The notes below the pieces were generated by a model. That model was given only the letters and a program-made list of their open reading frames with translations. It searched no databases and was not told the origin of the DNA. This document shows, piece after piece, positions 1-7,876 of a stretch of DNA of 63,430 nt. Both the position numbers and the translations under genes were made by a program. The first letter of the stretch is position 1. Each line of letters starts with the position of its first letter. Origin of the DNA: an uncultured Candidatus Saccharibacteria bacterium (GTDB lineage: Bacteria; Patescibacteriota; Minisyncoccia; Phycocordibacterales; CSBR16-119); contig CAZOLO010000003.1 in assembly GCA_964581035.1 (NCBI GenBank), forward strand, positions 14,085 to 77,514, given 5' to 3'.

Positions 1-104
1 TTGCTAATAATTAGGTCTTTTAAACCTTTACACACACATAGCAGCAACGGGGACTCAATCAGGCTATAAGTGGGGTCAGTATAAACTAAGAGGTTAAAAA
101 TGTC

Positions 105-137
105 AAATAAAAAAGCTGGCTCAATTGAGCCAGCTTC
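105..137 (-). terminator. intrinsic terminator hairpin downstream of the 162..791 gene
   Basis: Inverted repeat AGCTGGCTC-aatt-GAGCCAGCT, followed by a U-run on the minus strand (the A-run at 107-113 on plus). Confidence 0.5.
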
Positions 138-161
138 GATACAGCGTCATTAAGATTTATT

Positions 162-791
162 TCAAGGAAGAGGAAGAACATTATATACCTTACCCTTGTA
201 AGAGTGCCCAATGGCAATGTAATCCACATTGGCCCCCACAAGCACTGCAGTCTCTATAGTATAGAAGGTATCTACGCCATATTCAGAATCTCTCACACCC
301 TGTGAGTGCATCCAAACATTCTTTCTGTCGCTAGGAGGCGGGCAATAGTATCTATTTAGAATTTCCGAGGTCATTTGACCGGACCAAAACTCTGTAAACT
401 TTAGATCTTTTTTTCCTCCATCAAGACGGATAAGTCTCCATTTGAGATGATCCTTTATGTAAACAAACGAGCCATGAAACCAGTTACAATCATTTGCAAC
501 AATTACAGAATCTGACCAAACTTTCATACGTTTTCCATAAGCAGTCTCAAAAACCACAATGCCTTTTTTTACAGAGTCTCTGTAAACCCTAACTTTAACC
601 CTCTCTCGACCCCAAGGTTTCTTATGCGAAGTCATCAACAAAGTGTCAGCTTCTGCAAAAGATTTGGGAATATTCCATTCTCGATTTTTCAACTGCTCCT
701 CAAAATCTTCCTCCTTATTCTGCCCTAAAACAGGATTCGAGGAAGTCATTAAGCATGAAAATCCAATTATCAAAAAAGCTATTCTTTTCAT
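162..791 (-). CDS. secreted hypothetical protein (N-terminal signal peptide)
   Basis: 209-aa ORF with a hydrophobic N-terminus (MKRIAFLIIGFSCLMTSSNPVLG). I recognise no domain with confidence. Confidence 0.5.
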   Translation of the reverse strand: MKRIAFLIIGFSCLMTSSNPVLGQNKEEDFEEQLKNREWNIPKSFAEADTLLMTSHKKPWGRERVKVRVYRDSVKKGIVVFETAYGKRMKVWSDSVIVANDCNWFHGSFVYIKDHLKWRLIRLDGGKKDLKFTEFWSGQMTSEILNRYYCPPPSDRKNVWMHSQGVRDSEYGVDTFYTIETAVLVGANVDYIAIGHSYKGKVYNVLPLP

Positions 792-857
792 TCTTTCATT
801 TTTTTGTTCAAAAGTACATTATCACAGTTTTTATGATATGTCAAGGTTTTTATATAT

Positions 858-887
858 AAAAAACCACCCGAAGGTGGTCTTAAAAGA
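858..887. terminator. terminator-like hairpin; first of two copies of AAAAAACCACCCGAAGGTGGTCTT
   Basis: Stem CCACC/GGTGG flanked by an A-run and a T-run. An identical 24-nt copy lies at 1525-1553. Confidence 0.5.
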
Positions 888-1467
888 ATGGCTTCATTAT
901 CCTTTCTTTTGTTGTTATACCTAGAATCATTTCTGAGACTTTCTCTTCATGAGTAGCATAATAAGAAACAATATTACTTTCTGAAGTCTGAGCCTCTAAA
1001 AGATCCTCAAATGTGTCGGTGTAGAAATTGATCAAAACATCTGGTCCAGCAGCAAATCTCATTGCTTTGAAAAAATCTTTCTTAAGAGGTCCATGACTCC
1101 TGTTCCCTATAACAATCTCTCTGAAGAATCTTCCTATATTTGAATCTCCAATTAGTTTCATCATTGAGAGCCTGCTTGGATTATAGGTTAAAACCAATCC
1201 AACAGCCCCTTCATTTAAATCAGAAAGCCTATCTACATTTTCATCTGACATTCTCTGAGAGAAGTAAGCATTCTTATAAATATCATAAAGTGCCTTTCCA
1301 CCATCTGTTTCGTAGAGGTGATTAGGGAAATAACCTTTTCTAATAATCTCTTCTACCTCTATCTGAAATCTTTTGCAATTATTCTCAAGAACCTCATCCC
1401 AAACCACTCTTGATTCTTTAAAAAGGACTCCATCGAAGTCATAGATGTTAATTATCTCTCCGTTCAT
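880..1467 (-). CDS. HAD-superfamily hydrolase (nucleotidase-like)
   Basis: N-terminal motif IYDFDGVL matches HAD motif I (DxDGx). 195 aa. Confidence 0.55.
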   Translation of the reverse strand: MNGEIINIYDFDGVLFKESRVVWDEVLENNCKRFQIEVEEIIRKGYFPNHLYETDGGKALYDIYKNAYFSQRMSDENVDRLSDLNEGAVGLVLTYNPSRLSMMKLIGDSNIGRFFREIVIGNRSHGPLKKDFFKAMRFAAGPDVLINFYTDTFEDLLEAQTSESNIVSYYATHEEKVSEMILGITTKERIMKPFF

Positions 1468-1524
1468 TGTTGCTCTATGTTTGCCTGGATATTACAATAA
1501 ATGAGTTAGAATGTCCAAAAATCA

Positions 1525-1553
1525 AAAAACCACCCGAAGGTGGTCTTTTGATT
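1525..1553. terminator. terminator-like hairpin; second copy of AAAAAACCACCCGAAGGTGGTCTT
   Basis: Identical to the hairpin at 858-887. It lies downstream of the csp gene on the minus strand. Confidence 0.5.
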
Positions 1554-1586
1554 AAAGCTTGAAGCTTTGCAGTCTAATCGAATTGA

Positions 1587-1790
1587 TTATGCTACAAGTG
1601 CTACATTCTTTGCTTGTGGTCCTTTTGGACCTTCACCCATCTCGAAAGATACAGCTTGTCCTTCCTTTAGAGAATTGAAATCAATTCCTTCTTGAAGTTC
1701 TGTTGCATGGAAGAATAGGTCTTTCTCTTGTCCTTCGACAGCGATGAAACCAAATCCTTGATCCATAAGTTTTGCAATTGTTCCTGTCAT
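1587..1790 (-). CDS. cspA: cold-shock protein (CspA family)
   Basis: 67 aa. The RNP motifs GFGFI and DLFFHAT are canonical for cold-shock domain proteins. Confidence 0.9.
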   Translation of the reverse strand: MTGTIAKLMDQGFGFIAVEGQEKDLFFHATELQEGIDFNSLKEGQAVSFEMGEGPKGPQAKNVALVA

Positions 1791-1939
1791 TTTATTTTTT
1801 CGGATCGCATTTGCGATTACTTCTACTAATTTTAAGGGTTACCCCTTTCCACAAATCTCCACGCAATCCGACTTACTACGAGGACGTTTGTAACGAGTGT
1901 TATAGTATCACACTCTAGGATTAATGCAATGGTGAGTAA
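1791..1939 (-). promoter_or_regulatory. long 5' leader/promoter region of the csp gene
   Basis: 149-nt non-coding region upstream of csp. Long structured 5'-UTRs are typical of csp genes; no ORF is present. Confidence 0.35.
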
Positions 1940-2470
1940 TTAAACCTTTCGACTGTCATACCCCCATTGAAGTAATGATTGTCTTTGCTTTGGTCTACAT
2001 GTCATATCTCCAGCCCTGCAATTATATTGAACTTGAGCTAGGTGTCTTCTAAATGCCTTCCACCTCTTAATCTGTCTATCATCATCAGCATGCCTTCTCC
2101 CTAAGTAGTATCTACAATACCACTGAAACCAACCTCTAGGATCATCTTTGTGAATCCAACCCTTTTCTCTCCAGACAGACAGGGGCTGACTCGCACATAT
2201 ACCAAACAGATTTAAATTACAGTTAGATTTTTTAGGTGAAAGCTTTGCTTTTTCAAACCAACTTTTAGGAAATTCAGCCTTACAGTCTGTCATATATTTT
2301 CCACCAAAAACACCTAACTCTAACATCTCTTTTGGACTTAAGTCTGGTTTAAAATCAGGGTGAAATTTTTTTCCAGACTGCTCTGTAATTTCATACTTAT
2401 AACCAGACTGCATTTTGTCATTTACAGTGACTATTTTTTTCATAACAAATTTAATCGCAAGTTGCCTCAC
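1940..2470 (-). CDS. hypothetical protein; Trp/Arg-rich conserved C-terminal region
   Basis: 176-aa ORF with motifs GVFGGKY and WFQWYCRYYLGRRHADDDRQIKRW. I cannot assign a family. Confidence 0.45.
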   Translation of the reverse strand: MRQLAIKFVMKKIVTVNDKMQSGYKYEITEQSGKKFHPDFKPDLSPKEMLELGVFGGKYMTDCKAEFPKSWFEKAKLSPKKSNCNLNLFGICASQPLSVWREKGWIHKDDPRGWFQWYCRYYLGRRHADDDRQIKRWKAFRRHLAQVQYNCRAGDMTCRPKQRQSLLQWGYDSRKV

Positions 2471-3518
2471 CTCCTACCTGAGATAATTCACTCACAACAA
2501 GTATTCCGTCGTATTCTTTAGATAGCTCACTATCGCTATCAGAAACCTCTCTTACATAACCTCTCAGAATTGCTGGAACTTTTTCATAGGGCTCTTCAGA
2601 TAACTTTGATTTATTGTACTCTTCGTTTAAATTTCCTGTCGTATCATGATACCAATACACCTTTCCTCCATCACAATCAGTAAGGGTTCTCACCTCTCCC
2701 CCAAAAACAAGTTCACCCTTATATTCTTTTTCAAAATCTTCATATAAAGCTGGGATATACTTTTTTTCCATATATCCAAAAACTTCTTCTAGACTTATTC
2801 TCGCCTCCAGAGTTCCTAGAACATAAGGACCTGCTTGGTAAGGAGGAAACAGAAATACCAAATCATCTGATTCCAAATAAAAATTACTATAGTTCTCAAG
2901 ATCTGGACTAAGCCCTTCCAAGAATAAACTATCTATTCCTCCTTCAACAGTGGTAGCTAATCCATCTAACACCAATGATGCTATCGCTGAAAGATTTTGA
3001 GTATCCTCCTTTATAAAATCTTTTATTTCTAATCTATTTCCATCACTATCGTAGGTGAAGGTTACCAATCCGGGATTCCCGTGAGCACCACCTGTATATT
3101 CATGAGTGTTTAAAATATATGTAACAATACCAAAACCAGAATCCTTTTTAATATAATCAGACCCTAGAGAATACTTTCCAGCAGCACTGCTTTTAAGAAC
3201 ACCCCAGTCCTCTTCAGAAAAATCTTCAAACATCTTTTTGAATTCTCCTATTTTTGAATAGATAAACAGCTCTGCATCATCTGTCACAACCAAATCCTTT
3301 GGGTACCTAATATTTATATTGAAATAATCTGTTTCCTCCTCATAAACAAATGAATCCTCTGTTTCTGTTGCAATCACCTCATCTACTCCCTGGTCTTTTT
3401 TACTAAAAATACCAAAATACAGCCCAACCCCGATAGCTATTATTAAAACCACAATTATAATTTTTCCAAATTTTGTCATATATATAAGTATACAATTTAA
3501 CAGTGACTTAATCCACAA
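2451..3518 (-). CDS. membrane-anchored hypothetical protein (N-terminal TM, acidic extracellular domain)
   Basis: 355-aa ORF. The likely true start is Met14 (MTKFGKIIIVVLIIAIGVGLYF) near 3479. One TM helix is followed by a D/E-rich domain. Confidence 0.5.
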   Translation of the reverse strand: MWIKSLLNCILIYMTKFGKIIIVVLIIAIGVGLYFGIFSKKDQGVDEVIATETEDSFVYEEETDYFNINIRYPKDLVVTDDAELFIYSKIGEFKKMFEDFSEEDWGVLKSSAAGKYSLGSDYIKKDSGFGIVTYILNTHEYTGGAHGNPGLVTFTYDSDGNRLEIKDFIKEDTQNLSAIASLVLDGLATTVEGGIDSLFLEGLSPDLENYSNFYLESDDLVFLFPPYQAGPYVLGTLEARISLEEVFGYMEKKYIPALYEDFEKEYKGELVFGGEVRTLTDCDGGKVYWYHDTTGNLNEEYNKSKLSEEPYEKVPAILRGYVREVSDSDSELSKEYDGILVVSELSQVGGEATCD

Positions 3519-3593
3519 GAAAACTGTATTTTTTTATTTGCACTAGGTTATAATATATATGGTCGAAGTACTTTATAACTAACACCGCAAACA

Positions 3594-3779
3594 ATGAAGA
3601 CAATCAAATTTGTCGCTTGGCTTCTTGTTATAATCGGAGGGCTCAACTGGGGACTGATTGGATTCTTCCAATTCAATCTCGTAAGTGAGATTTTCGGTGC
3701 TATGTCTACGGTAGCCCGTATTGTGTACGCGCTTGTGGGACTCAGCGCCCTTCTTCTTTTATTTAAGAAAGCAAGCTAA
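3594..3779 (+). CDS. DUF378-family small membrane protein
   Basis: 61 aa. VIIGGLNWGLIGFFQFNLV and RIVYALVGLSAL are characteristic of DUF378. Confidence 0.75.
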   Translation: MKTIKFVAWLLVIIGGLNWGLIGFFQFNLVSEIFGAMSTVARIVYALVGLSALLLLFKKAS

Positions 3780-3852
3780 ACAATACAGATGCTAATCGTC
3801 TAACTACCGAGGACATCTATAAAAAACAGTTGTCATGTCGACACTAGAAATA

Positions 3853-3880
3853 AAAAAACCGCACATGCGGTTTTTTTATT
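3853..3880. terminator. bidirectional intrinsic terminator between the DUF378 gene and trmD
   Basis: AAAAAAACCGCACATGCGGTTTTTTT palindrome with an A-run and a T-run. Confidence 0.6.
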
Positions 3881-4543
3881 TTATTTTTTCTTTCTTCTTG
3901 CATCTCTCCACTCGTCAATCTTTTTATGATCTCCAGAAAGTAAAACTTTTGGTACCTTATATTTTTTATCTTTCCAAACAATCTCTGCTGGCCGAGTGTA
4001 AATTTCACCACTTGAAATTCGCTCTTCTTCAAGTGATTCAAATTTACCAAGCACTCCTGGAATTTGCCTTGATATAGAGTCCACAAGAATCATAGCCGGA
4101 AGCTCTCCTCCGGTAAGGACATAATCCCCGATAGAAATTTCCTCCGCACGAAACATTTTTCTTATTCTTGTATCTATTCCTTCATACCTTCCAGCAACCA
4201 GTATTATATCTGTATAACCTTTCACTACTTTTTTTGCATAATCCGTATCAAACTTCTTTCCGTCTGGCGTAAACAGGATAATCTTAATTTTTGAGTTCTT
4301 TCGCCTCTCTATTCCCTTCTTCGCTTTCTCTATTGCTCGAGCTACGGGCTCTGCCATCATTGTCATTCCAGGACCTCCCCCGTAAGGTCGGTCATCCACA
4401 GTGTTGTGCTTGTTGCCTGCAAAATCTCGTGGGTTATAAAACTTCACGGATATTTTTTTAGCGGCAATTGCCCGCGCTAAAATAGAGTCGCCTAAGTACG
4501 AGTCAAACATCTCTGGGAAAATTGTAATTACATGAAAATTCAT
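3881..4543 (-). CDS. trmD: tRNA (guanine37-N1)-methyltransferase
   Basis: MNFHVITIFPEMF start and the glycine-rich SAM-binding region are typical TrmD. It is the last gene of an rpsP-KH-trmD cluster. Confidence 0.9.
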   Translation of the reverse strand: MNFHVITIFPEMFDSYLGDSILARAIAAKKISVKFYNPRDFAGNKHNTVDDRPYGGGPGMTMMAEPVARAIEKAKKGIERRKNSKIKIILFTPDGKKFDTDYAKKVVKGYTDIILVAGRYEGIDTRIRKMFRAEEISIGDYVLTGGELPAMILVDSISRQIPGVLGKFESLEEERISSGEIYTRPAEIVWKDKKYKVPKVLLSGDHKKIDEWRDARRKKK

Positions 4544-4638
4544 ATAGTTACAATAGCAAAAAGCCGCAGCTTACGCTACGGCTTTTTGTCTGTGTCGACA
4601 AACACATAAGTCATACAATGAAGTTAAAAGTTTTGTAG

Positions 4639-4983
4639 TTAAATTCCTTTTAGGTCTTCCATTGCTTGGTCAATTGAAGATGCTTCTGGCGCAGAAGGTC
4701 TTTCTTCTACAGTAGAGGCTTCACTTTGTTGTTGACCTCCAGCTGGCTCATTAATTTTTAGATTAACTCGCGCATTGTTCTTCATACCGATTACTCGAAG
4801 GAGTGTACGGATTGCCTTTGCAGTATTTCCTTGTCGTCCGATGATCTTCCCCATATCTTCTGGAGAAACTGAGAGTGTCATAAGAACACCCATCTCATCC
4901 ACTCTTCGATCAACCACAACTTCATCTGGTTTTTCTACAAGTGATTTTACAACGAACTCAAGAAATTCTTGATCTCTTTCCAT
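4639..4983 (-). CDS. khpA: KH-domain RNA-binding protein (KhpA/YlqC-like)
   Basis: KH GxxG motif (IIGRQGNTAKAIRTL). It sits between rpsP and trmD as in the conserved operon. A minus-strand terminator follows at about 4565-4600. Confidence 0.8.
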   Translation of the reverse strand: MERDQEFLEFVVKSLVEKPDEVVVDRRVDEMGVLMTLSVSPEDMGKIIGRQGNTAKAIRTLLRVIGMKNNARVNLKINEPAGGQQQSEASTVEERPSAPEASSIDQAMEDLKGI

Positions 4984-5107
4984 GTATCAAAAATTCATTA
5001 GCTGGTAATGGCAGCATCGACAATTTGCTGCACATACAAAAAGTATACGTCAACAGATAAAACTGTCAACAAAAAACACCCACGACTGTGGATGTTTTTT
5101 GAAATAA

Positions 5108-5407
5108 TTATTTAGCTTCTTTTTTCTTTTTTGTAGGAGTTTTCTTTGGAAGCACGTTTCGAGCCTTCCCTTCAATAATATTTTGCTTTAGAAGGAAGTT
5201 ATGAACTGTTCCTGATGTCTGAGCTCCAAAACCTATCCAGTGTTTAATTCGATCTCCTTTTAGGTTAACCTCTCCAGCTTTTGGATCATATGAACCTAGA
5301 ATCTCCTTAAATCTTCCGCTCTTTGCTCCATTTCTAGAATCAGTCAAAACAACCCGGAAAAATGGCTGATTTCGTCGTCCTATTCTTTGTAGTCGTATCA
5401 TTAACAT
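5108..5407 (-). CDS. rpsP: 30S ribosomal protein S16
   Basis: MLMIRLQRIGRRNQPFFRVVLTDSRNGAKSGRF matches the S16 N-terminus. The TTG-initiated upstream extension in the ORF track is actually the promoter. Confidence 0.9.
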   Translation of the reverse strand: MLMIRLQRIGRRNQPFFRVVLTDSRNGAKSGRFKEILGSYDPKAGEVNLKGDRIKHWIGFGAQTSGTVHNFLLKQNIIEGKARNVLPKKTPTKKKKEAK

Positions 5408-5414
5408 GCTCGCT

Positions 5415-5443
5415 ATCTTAGCAGGATATAAATAAATAGTCAA
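5415..5443 (-). promoter_or_regulatory. sigma70-type promoter of rpsP (TTGACT-N17-TAAGAT)
   Basis: On the minus strand, TTGACT, a 17-nt spacer, then TAAGAT, 7 nt before the first ATG. This implies a near-leaderless transcript. Confidence 0.55.
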
Positions 5444-5578
5444 ATAGAAGCACTCACTTTGTTCGTCTTATATATTTACTTCTACCCCAGGGTATCCTCT
5501 CTGACTTCGCCATTCACCTTAACTCGGGCAGTATGTGAGCTAGTCTCCCGCCTGACTCTCGCTTGAAAATATAAAAAA

Positions 5579-5605
5579 GGAGCCAAAGCTCCCTTTCTTC
5601 AAATT
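5579..5605 (-). terminator. minus-strand intrinsic terminator inside the rpsP/rnr divergent region
   Basis: Read on the minus strand, the GGAGC-TTTG-GCTCC hairpin is followed by UUUUUUAUAUUUU. It terminates a short transcript that starts near 5900. Confidence 0.5.
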
Positions 5606-5727
5606 AATTTTTTTTAACCCAATGAATCCTCCGAACAATGGATCTCATTACGGTTTGCTTGAATTTAACGACCCCGCTCTTATACCTTCCTGCGCGCTTG
5701 GCTCCAGCTTTTGTTCTACCACTTCGT

Positions 5728-5883
5728 TTAACTCCCATGTCTGAAGGATCTTAATTTTCTTCTAGATTCATTGATACTCCCCTTACTAGATCTATATGAT
5801 CTTGATACAGGTGGTGACTTCTTGTCTCCATTGTTCACAACTTTTTTCTCACGATGCTCATCTGAATCAAATCCTCTTGCCAT
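5728..5883 (-). CDS. possible 52-aa basic micro-protein (MARGFDSDEHREKKVVNNGDKKSPPVSRSYRSSKGSINESRRKLRSFRHGS), or part of a non-coding RNA
   Basis: This is the only ORF between a candidate minus-strand promoter near 5900 and the terminator at 5579-5605. It has no SD and its composition is low-complexity. Confidence 0.2.
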   Translation of the reverse strand: MARGFDSDEHREKKVVNNGDKKSPPVSRSYRSSKGSINESRRKLRSFRHGS

Positions 5884-5934
5884 TTATAGTTTATTTTGGT
5901 GAATTTATTTTAAATTACCATTATCGTGTATAAT

Positions 5935-7869
5935 ATGTCAATAATGACAAAAAATAACAATCAATACACAGAAGGAAGATTAGTCATAGCAAGCAGAGGT
6001 CTAGGGTTCGTGAGAACGCCAGATTTTGACGATTCAATACTTATAGAACCAAGGTTCCTCGATCTGGCTTTAAATGGGGATATTGTAAAAGTTCTAATTC
6101 ACCCCAAAATAGCAAACAAAGATCAATCTGGAGAGATTGTGGAAATCATAAAGAGAAAGAAAAAAGGTTTTTCAGGTGTCTTAGTAGAAAAAGATGGATC
6201 ATTTTTTCTGGACCCTCAAGATCACAGAGACAACTTTGAAATCCTGATACCCAAAGAAAAACTTGGAGGAGCCAAGATTGGCGAGAAGGTTTTTGGAGTT
6301 ATTACAAAATGGACTGACAGAAGCAAGGTTCCTTTAGGAGAGATCGCAGAGGTCCTTGGAAAGGAGGGCGAAAACAATGCTGAAATGAAAGCTATTGCGA
6401 TAGAACAAGGATTTAATCAAGATTTTCCCCAAAACGTACTAGAAGAAGCTTTGGCTATAGCAAAACGAGGTATTCAAGAAGAGGATATAAAAGATAGAAA
6501 GGATATGCGAGGAATTACGACATTCACGATCGATCCAGCTGATGCGAAGGATTTTGATGATGCTCTATCTATAGAAATTCTAGGAGACAGCAAGTACAGA
6601 ATCGGAATCCATATCGCTGATGTATCATTTTATGTAAAACCCGATACTGATTTAGATAAGGAAGCTTTTGAAAGAGCCACTTCTGTGTACCTGGTAGATA
6701 GAACTATTCCCATGCTTCCCGAAGAGCTATCAAATGATCTTTGTTCGCTTATGCCAAATGTAGACAGGCTTGCTTTTTCTTCTATTTTTGAGATTGACGA
6801 CAAAGGGGTTGTAACAGACACATGGTTTGGTAGAACTGTAATACACTCTGACAAAAGATTCTCTTATGAAGACGCCCAAGAGGTTCTTGATAATGGCTCA
6901 GGGACATACCACGATGAATTAAAGATAATGGTAGATATATCAAAAGAACTTACAAAAGCTCGTTTCCGATCTGGAGCTATATCACTGGAAACAGATGAGG
7001 TTAAATTTAAATTGAATGACAAAGGTGTTCCAGTATCTGTGTATACAAAAGAACGGGGTGATACAAATAGAATGATCGAAGAATTCATGCTTCTAGCTAA
7101 CAAGTATGTAGCAACTTATCTTACTTATGACAAAGAAAAGAATGAAAGACTAGCTGTTTACAGAATACACGACACACCAGCTCTTGATAGAACAGAAGAT
7201 CTTGTGAAGTTTCTTACTATCCTTGGTTTTAAGGTGAAAACAAAAGATGGAGTGATTCCATCAAAAGAAATAAACCGAATATCAAATGAAGCTGAAGAAA
7301 GCGACATGGGGGCAACTGTTCAAACTGCAATAATACGATCCATGGCGAAGGCTATTTATTCTATAAAAAATATCGGCCACTATGGTCTAGCTTTTGAATA
7401 CTATACTCACTTCACGTCCCCTATTCGAAGATATCCAGATATTCTTGTACACAGACTTCTCCAAACATATCTGGAAGGTAATAAAATACCAAAAGATAAA
7501 TGGCCAAGATACCAGAGCATGTGTGATCATAGCTCAGAGAGAGAAAAAGACGCCAGTAACGCAGAGCGAGACAGTATCAAATATAAACAAGTTGAATACA
7601 TGTCTGCTCACGTAGGAGAGACTTTCACTGGAGTTATCACAGGGATTTCTGAGATGGGACTATTTGTAGCAGAGCTAACCACTAGATCAGAGGGGCTTAT
7701 TAGACTTCGAGATGTTGGAGATGACTATTTTAGGTATGATGAGAAAAAAATGGCCATCATAGGAAGTAAAACAAAAAAGATGTTTAGAATAGGAGACCAC
7801 GCAAAAATTAAAGTCAAGAAAGCAGATCTAGAAAAAAAACTAATAGACTATCAATTTATTACTGAATAA
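5935..7869 (+). CDS. rnr: ribonuclease R (RNB-family 3'-5' exoribonuclease, C-terminal S1 domain)
   Basis: RNB catalytic-region motifs and a C-terminal S1-like domain; about 640 aa. The extended -10 TGTATAAT lies immediately upstream, and the start may be ATG 5935 or 5944. Confidence 0.9.
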   Translation: MSIMTKNNNQYTEGRLVIASRGLGFVRTPDFDDSILIEPRFLDLALNGDIVKVLIHPKIANKDQSGEIVEIIKRKKKGFSGVLVEKDGSFFLDPQDHRDNFEILIPKEKLGGAKIGEKVFGVITKWTDRSKVPLGEIAEVLGKEGENNAEMKAIAIEQGFNQDFPQNVLEEALAIAKRGIQEEDIKDRKDMRGITTFTIDPADAKDFDDALSIEILGDSKYRIGIHIADVSFYVKPDTDLDKEAFERATSVYLVDRTIPMLPEELSNDLCSLMPNVDRLAFSSIFEIDDKGVVTDTWFGRTVIHSDKRFSYEDAQEVLDNGSGTYHDELKIMVDISKELTKARFRSGAISLETDEVKFKLNDKGVPVSVYTKERGDTNRMIEEFMLLANKYVATYLTYDKEKNERLAVYRIHDTPALDRTEDLVKFLTILGFKVKTKDGVIPSKEINRISNEAEESDMGATVQTAIIRSMAKAIYSIKNIGHYGLAFEYYTHFTSPIRRYPDILVHRLLQTYLEGNKIPKDKWPRYQSMCDHSSEREKDASNAERDSIKYKQVEYMSAHVGETFTGVITGISEMGLFVAELTTRSEGLIRLRDVGDDYFRYDEKKMAIIGSKTKKMFRIGDHAKIKVKKADLEKKLIDYQFITE

Positions 7870-7876
7870 TTAATTT

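Noticed and set aside
3835-4086. Overlapping 80-aa ORFs on both strands (3835..4077 +, 3844..4086 -).
   Set aside because: They cover the bidirectional terminator and the 3' end of trmD. The composition is poly-Phe/Leu from the AT-rich terminator region.
5486-5567. SRP (4.5S) RNA upstream of rpsP, where ffh/ffs often sit.
   Set aside because: It has only a weak resemblance to the domain IV GGAAGCAG motif and I could find no matching helix 8 pairing. I cannot support the call without a covariance-model search, so it is left as unassigned structured sequence.
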